Under the pieces are notes generated by a model. That model was given only the letters and a program-made list of their open reading frames with translations. It was not told the DNA's origin and ran no database searches. Below are positions 26,767-29,975 of a stretch of 29,975 nucleotides of DNA, piece after piece. Numbering within the stretch: the stretch's first letter is position 1; each line of letters begins with the position of its first letter. The position numbers and the translations under genes were made by a program. Source of the DNA: an uncultured Candidatus Rokubacteria bacterium (GTDB taxonomy: Bacteria > Methylomirabilota > Methylomirabilia > Rokubacteriales > CSP1-6); NCBI GenBank assembly GCA_963789955.1, contig CAWBMV010000031.1:1-29975 (forward strand), written 5' to 3'.

Positions 26767-29132
26767 GACGGATCGGGGCACCCGGCGTCCTTCAGGGTCT
26801 CGTCGATGGCGGCCAGGAGCGCCGGAACGTCCAGCGGCTTGGTCAAGTACGCCCGCACCCCGCCGTCCAGGAACTGCCGCATCCGCGATGGCATCGCGTC
26901 CGCGCTGAGCACGATCACCGGGATGTCCCGTGTCCGCGAGTCGGCGCGCAGCAGCCGGAACACTTCTTCACCTGGAATATCCGGCAGGTGACGGTCGAGC
27001 AGGATCAAGGCCGGCTGATGGTCGCGCGCGAGACTGACCCCGACGCGCCCCTGCATCGCCGACAGCACGGTCGTGCCGGGCCTCCGCGCGAGGATGCCTT
27101 CGACCAGCGCCAGATTCGACAGGTTGTCCTCGATGTACAGGATCTTCTGCGCCGGCCGGGGCCCCGTCTCCCGCACCACGGGCACGCGCACGATCACCGG
27201 CGCCTCGCGCTCCGCCGGCGCGGCCGCCAGCGCCAGATCGAGCGAGAACGTGCAGCCGGCTTCCGGCCGGCTCGTGACCCGCAAGGTACCGCCCATCGCC
27301 TCGATCAGCGATTTGGAGAGTGCCAGACCGAGCCCGGTCCCCTCGATCGCGCTGCCCTCGGCGCCGAGCCGGTCGAACGGCGTGAACAACCGCTCGAGCT
27401 TGTCGGCCGCGATGCCCCGGCCGGTGTCGATCACGTCGATCCGCAGCCGGCGGCCCGCCACCTCGATGCACGACACGGTCACCGTGCCGCTCTCCCGGTT
27501 GTACTTCACCCCGTTCGAGAGCAGGTTCAGCAGCACCTGCTGCAGGCGCTGGCGGTCGGCCAGCACGTGCACGCGCTCGTCGATCGCCTCCGAGCGCACC
27601 GCGACGTGCGCGTCGGCCGCGGACGGCCGGACCAGGTCGATCGCCTGCCGGACCGTCTCGTACACCGGCACCGGCTCGAGTGAGAGCTGCAGCCGCCCGG
27701 CCTCGATCCGGCTGATGTCGAGGATCTCGTTGATCAGCCCGAGCAGATGGCGGCCGGCCCGGAGAATCTGCTCCACGCTCTCCTGCTGCTCGGCCGACTG
27801 CGAGTCCAGCTCGAGCAGCTGCGCGAATCCCAGGATCGCGTTCAACGGTGTCCGCAGCTCGTGGCTCATCCGCGAGAGGAACTCGCTCTTGGCCTGGTTG
27901 GCCCGATCCGCTTCGGCGGTCGCCGCGCTCAGCTCGCGTGTGCGATCCGCCACTCGCTGCTCCAGCTCCACCGCCTGACCTTTCACCTGCTCGAGCAAGC
28001 GGGCCTGGGCGAGCGCGATCGCGAGCTGCGCGGCCACCTCCTGCGTGATGCTCACCTGCGCGGGTGGAAACGGCAACGACGCGGTCCCGATGCTCACCGA
28101 ACCGATGAGCTCGCCGGCGGCGATCATCGGCACCACCATGTAGGCCCGCACGCCGGACGCCAGGAGCGCATCGGCCTCCGGGCCCGGCGGGATCGCTTGG
28201 ACGTCGATGATTTGCGGCTCGCCCCGGCTCAGCGCCTCGACGTTGCCGGCTAGCTCGAGCGAATAGTGGATGCCCGGCCCCGCATGGACGCGGCGGCGTC
28301 CCGCCGCGGCCAGCCAGTGCACCTCGCCGGCCGCGAGGTCGAAGACGTTCACGATGACGCGCGGGATGCCCAGCAGCTCTCGCAGCGGCCGCACCACGGC
28401 CTCCGCGATCGCCTGCGGGGCCTGCTGGGCGATCAGCGCCCGATCGATCTCGTGCAAGATGCGCAGACGCTCGGCCTGACTGGCGAGCGCCTGCTGACTC
28501 TGAGCGTTGTAGATGGCGACCGCCGCCTGGTCCGCGAACGACTGCAGCAGGGCGATCTCTGCCTCGGTGAAGGCGCGCGGCGTCGGGCTGCCCACGGAGA
28601 GGACGCCGGTCACGCGTCCGGTGACCCGCAACGGCACCGCGAGGCCGGCGACGATTCCGAGCGCGGCGTTGCGCTCGCTGATCTTTGGGTTTCTTTCGAA
28701 GCGCGCGTCGCAGCAGATGTCCTGGGTCCACATCGCGCGGCCCTCGGCGGCCGCGCGCCCGACCAGACCGACCCCGGCGGGCACGGCCTCGCCGTTCGCG
28801 GCATGTTCCTTCGCGCGACCGCCCAGCGCGAGCGCGGTGAGCGAGCCATCGGGCTGGAGCAGGCGAATGGCGGAGCTGTGCACGTCCAGCAAGCTCAGCA
28901 CGCCCTCCGCGAGCCGCTCGCTCACGGTGCGCAGATCGAGGCTCTCGTTCACGAGGCGGGCGATGCGGCCGAGCTCCTCGGCCTGCCGCTGCTGCCGGAC
29001 GATCTCGGCGTGGAGATCACCGGGGGGCTCACCGTCGGAAGGCGCGCGCGCCGCTTGCAGCTGGCGCTCGAGCTCGACGATCTTGTCGCGCAGCCGCGCG
29101 ATCTCGTCGTCGCGAGCGCGCGAGCCGCTCAC
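26763..29132 (-). CDS. Cytoplasmic hybrid sensor histidine kinase (GAF-GAF-HisKA-HATPase-REC)
   Basis: Two GAF domains; H-box MSHELRTPLN, N-box NLLSNGVKYN, DTGRGI and GTGLGL; receiver YIEDN...LLD...TKP; no TM segment; GTG 29132 overlaps the upstream TGA. Confidence 0.93.
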   Translation of the reverse strand: MSGSRARDDEIARLRDKIVELERQLQAARAPSDGEPPGDLHAEIVRQQRQAEELGRIARLVNESLDLRTVSERLAEGVLSLLDVHSSAIRLLQPDGSLTALALGGRAKEHAANGEAVPAGVGLVGRAAAEGRAMWTQDICCDARFERNPKISERNAALGIVAGLAVPLRVTGRVTGVLSVGSPTPRAFTEAEIALLQSFADQAAVAIYNAQSQQALASQAERLRILHEIDRALIAQQAPQAIAEAVVRPLRELLGIPRVIVNVFDLAAGEVHWLAAAGRRRVHAGPGIHYSLELAGNVEALSRGEPQIIDVQAIPPGPEADALLASGVRAYMVVPMIAAGELIGSVSIGTASLPFPPAQVSITQEVAAQLAIALAQARLLEQVKGQAVELEQRVADRTRELSAATAEADRANQAKSEFLSRMSHELRTPLNAILGFAQLLELDSQSAEQQESVEQILRAGRHLLGLINEILDISRIEAGRLQLSLEPVPVYETVRQAIDLVRPSAADAHVAVRSEAIDERVHVLADRQRLQQVLLNLLSNGVKYNRESGTVTVSCIEVAGRRLRIDVIDTGRGIAADKLERLFTPFDRLGAEGSAIEGTGLGLALSKSLIEAMGGTLRVTSRPEAGCTFSLDLALAAAPAEREAPVIVRVPVVRETGPRPAQKILYIEDNLSNLALVEGILARRPGTTVLSAMQGRVGVSLARDHQPALILLDRHLPDIPGEEVFRLLRADSRTRDIPVIVLSADAMPSRMRQFLDGGVRAYLTKPLDVPALLAAIDETLKDAGCPDPS

Positions 29133-29965
29133 CGGAGCGCTCCCGCGAAGAAGGCCAGCACGTCCTGCGCCCACACGTGCATGCCGCGGGCGCCACCGAA
29201 GCAGTGCCCCTGCTGATCCTCGGGCATGTCGGCCGGATAGACCTTCACCGCGTGCTGCGCGCCCTGTCGCTCGAGCTCGGCGCCGAGGACACGGCTCGGC
29301 TCGAGGCTCGCGTCCTTCGGCGGCTGGATGATGAACACGGGAATTTCGGTCTTGCGCACCGCCGCGACCAGCCGATCGCGGAGCAGCGTGTTGCCATTCC
29401 AGCTGAGCGCGCCCGGTGAGATCGCCGCCGCCGCGCGGTAGCCCGCACCGCGCTCGGCTGCCAGCAAGGTCTGAATGCCGCCGAATGAGCAGCCCGCCAC
29501 CACGAGGCGACGAGAATCGACGTACGGCAGGGCCTTCACGTACGCCAGTCCCGCGAGCTGGTCGTTCAGATGCTCACCGTCCATCAACCGCACGGCGAGT
29601 GCCGGGGCGCCGTGGCCCTCCGCCCGGCGGAGCTGATCCATGATGTACGGGCCCTCGGAATCGCCGTGGCCTCGTCGCATCGGCGCGAAGACCACGTAGC
29701 CGGCCGGAACGAAGATCGCCGCGACCGCGTCGAACTGTCGCATCGTCCCGGGGCTCTTCTCGCTGCCGTGATTCCAGATGAGCCCGGGAAACGGACCGGG
29801 TCCGTCAGGTTTGAAGAGAAAGCCGACGAGGGTGAGGTGATCGCTCTGGAAGGTGACGCGCTCCTTCGACACGCCGGCGGGGCTCGGCTGCGCCATGGCC
29901 GACGCGGCATGCCACGACGCGACGACGACGAACGACGCCAGCGTCCATGCTCGAGCAGCGTTCAC
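29129..29965 (-). CDS. Secreted dienelactone-hydrolase/S9-like alpha/beta hydrolase
   Basis: Signal peptide; GPFPGLIWNHGS, RRGHGDS, nucleophile GCSFGG, Asp in PKDAS, His in GHCFGG; start close to the window edge. Confidence 0.85.
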   Translation of the reverse strand: MNAARAWTLASFVVVASWHAASAMAQPSPAGVSKERVTFQSDHLTLVGFLFKPDGPGPFPGLIWNHGSEKSPGTMRQFDAVAAIFVPAGYVVFAPMRRGHGDSEGPYIMDQLRRAEGHGAPALAVRLMDGEHLNDQLAGLAYVKALPYVDSRRLVVAGCSFGGIQTLLAAERGAGYRAAAAISPGALSWNGNTLLRDRLVAAVRKTEIPVFIIQPPKDASLEPSRVLGAELERQGAQHAVKVYPADMPEDQQGHCFGGARGMHVWAQDVLAFFAGALR

Positions 29966-29975
29966 GCTTCATTCA

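Noticed and set aside
26763..29132. Phytochrome or cyanobacteriochrome photoreceptor
   Set aside because: No PAS-GAF-PHY layout, DIP motif or chromophore-binding CH motif.
1..29975. CRISPR array, tRNA/rRNA, transposase, integrase, defence or biosynthetic cluster genes
   Set aside because: No regularly spaced repeats, cloverleafs or signature motifs found by eye; a covariance-model scan could still reveal small RNAs.

Overview
GC-rich bacterial chromosomal segment (roughly two-thirds G+C by eye) with about 26 tightly packed protein-coding genes. I found no rRNA, tRNA, CRISPR array, transposase or phage genes. Gene content and one intergenic repeat resemble Candidatus Rokubacteria (inference only). 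In order: a lipoprotein MetX-fold hydrolase with an enolase-superfamily enzyme; an alpha/beta hydrolase; a cell-envelope glycan trio (DUF4015 glycoside hydrolase, NodB deacetylase, serine-hydrolase/NamZ fusion); two convergently overlapping hypothetical genes; a D-threonine-aldolase-like/CMD/Zn-dehydrogenase operon; a HAD gene and two MFS genes; a Tat-exported PhoX with a Pho-box-like array; a family III CoA-transferase; a YetA/PcRGLX-like lyase; an orphan Rieske dioxygenase alpha/beta pair; an amidohydrolase-CMD-DinB-DUF1772 operon; an S1 paralogue; a GAF-GAF hybrid kinase; and a secreted hydrolase. Six genes carry frameshifts, almost all small insertions without stops, most likely sequencing error. 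The most interesting signals are: (1) a 51-bp antisense overlap encoding a MinD-like membrane helix on one strand and an ssrA-like ALAA terminus on the other, next to a near-symmetric bidirectional promoter; (2) a small hydrolase with the CS-D-HC motif of tannases/MHETase, coupled to a kinase; (3) an apparently leaderless S1 paralogue; (4) a structured intergenic element with 6S-like topology. All calls come from motif recognition, not database searches.
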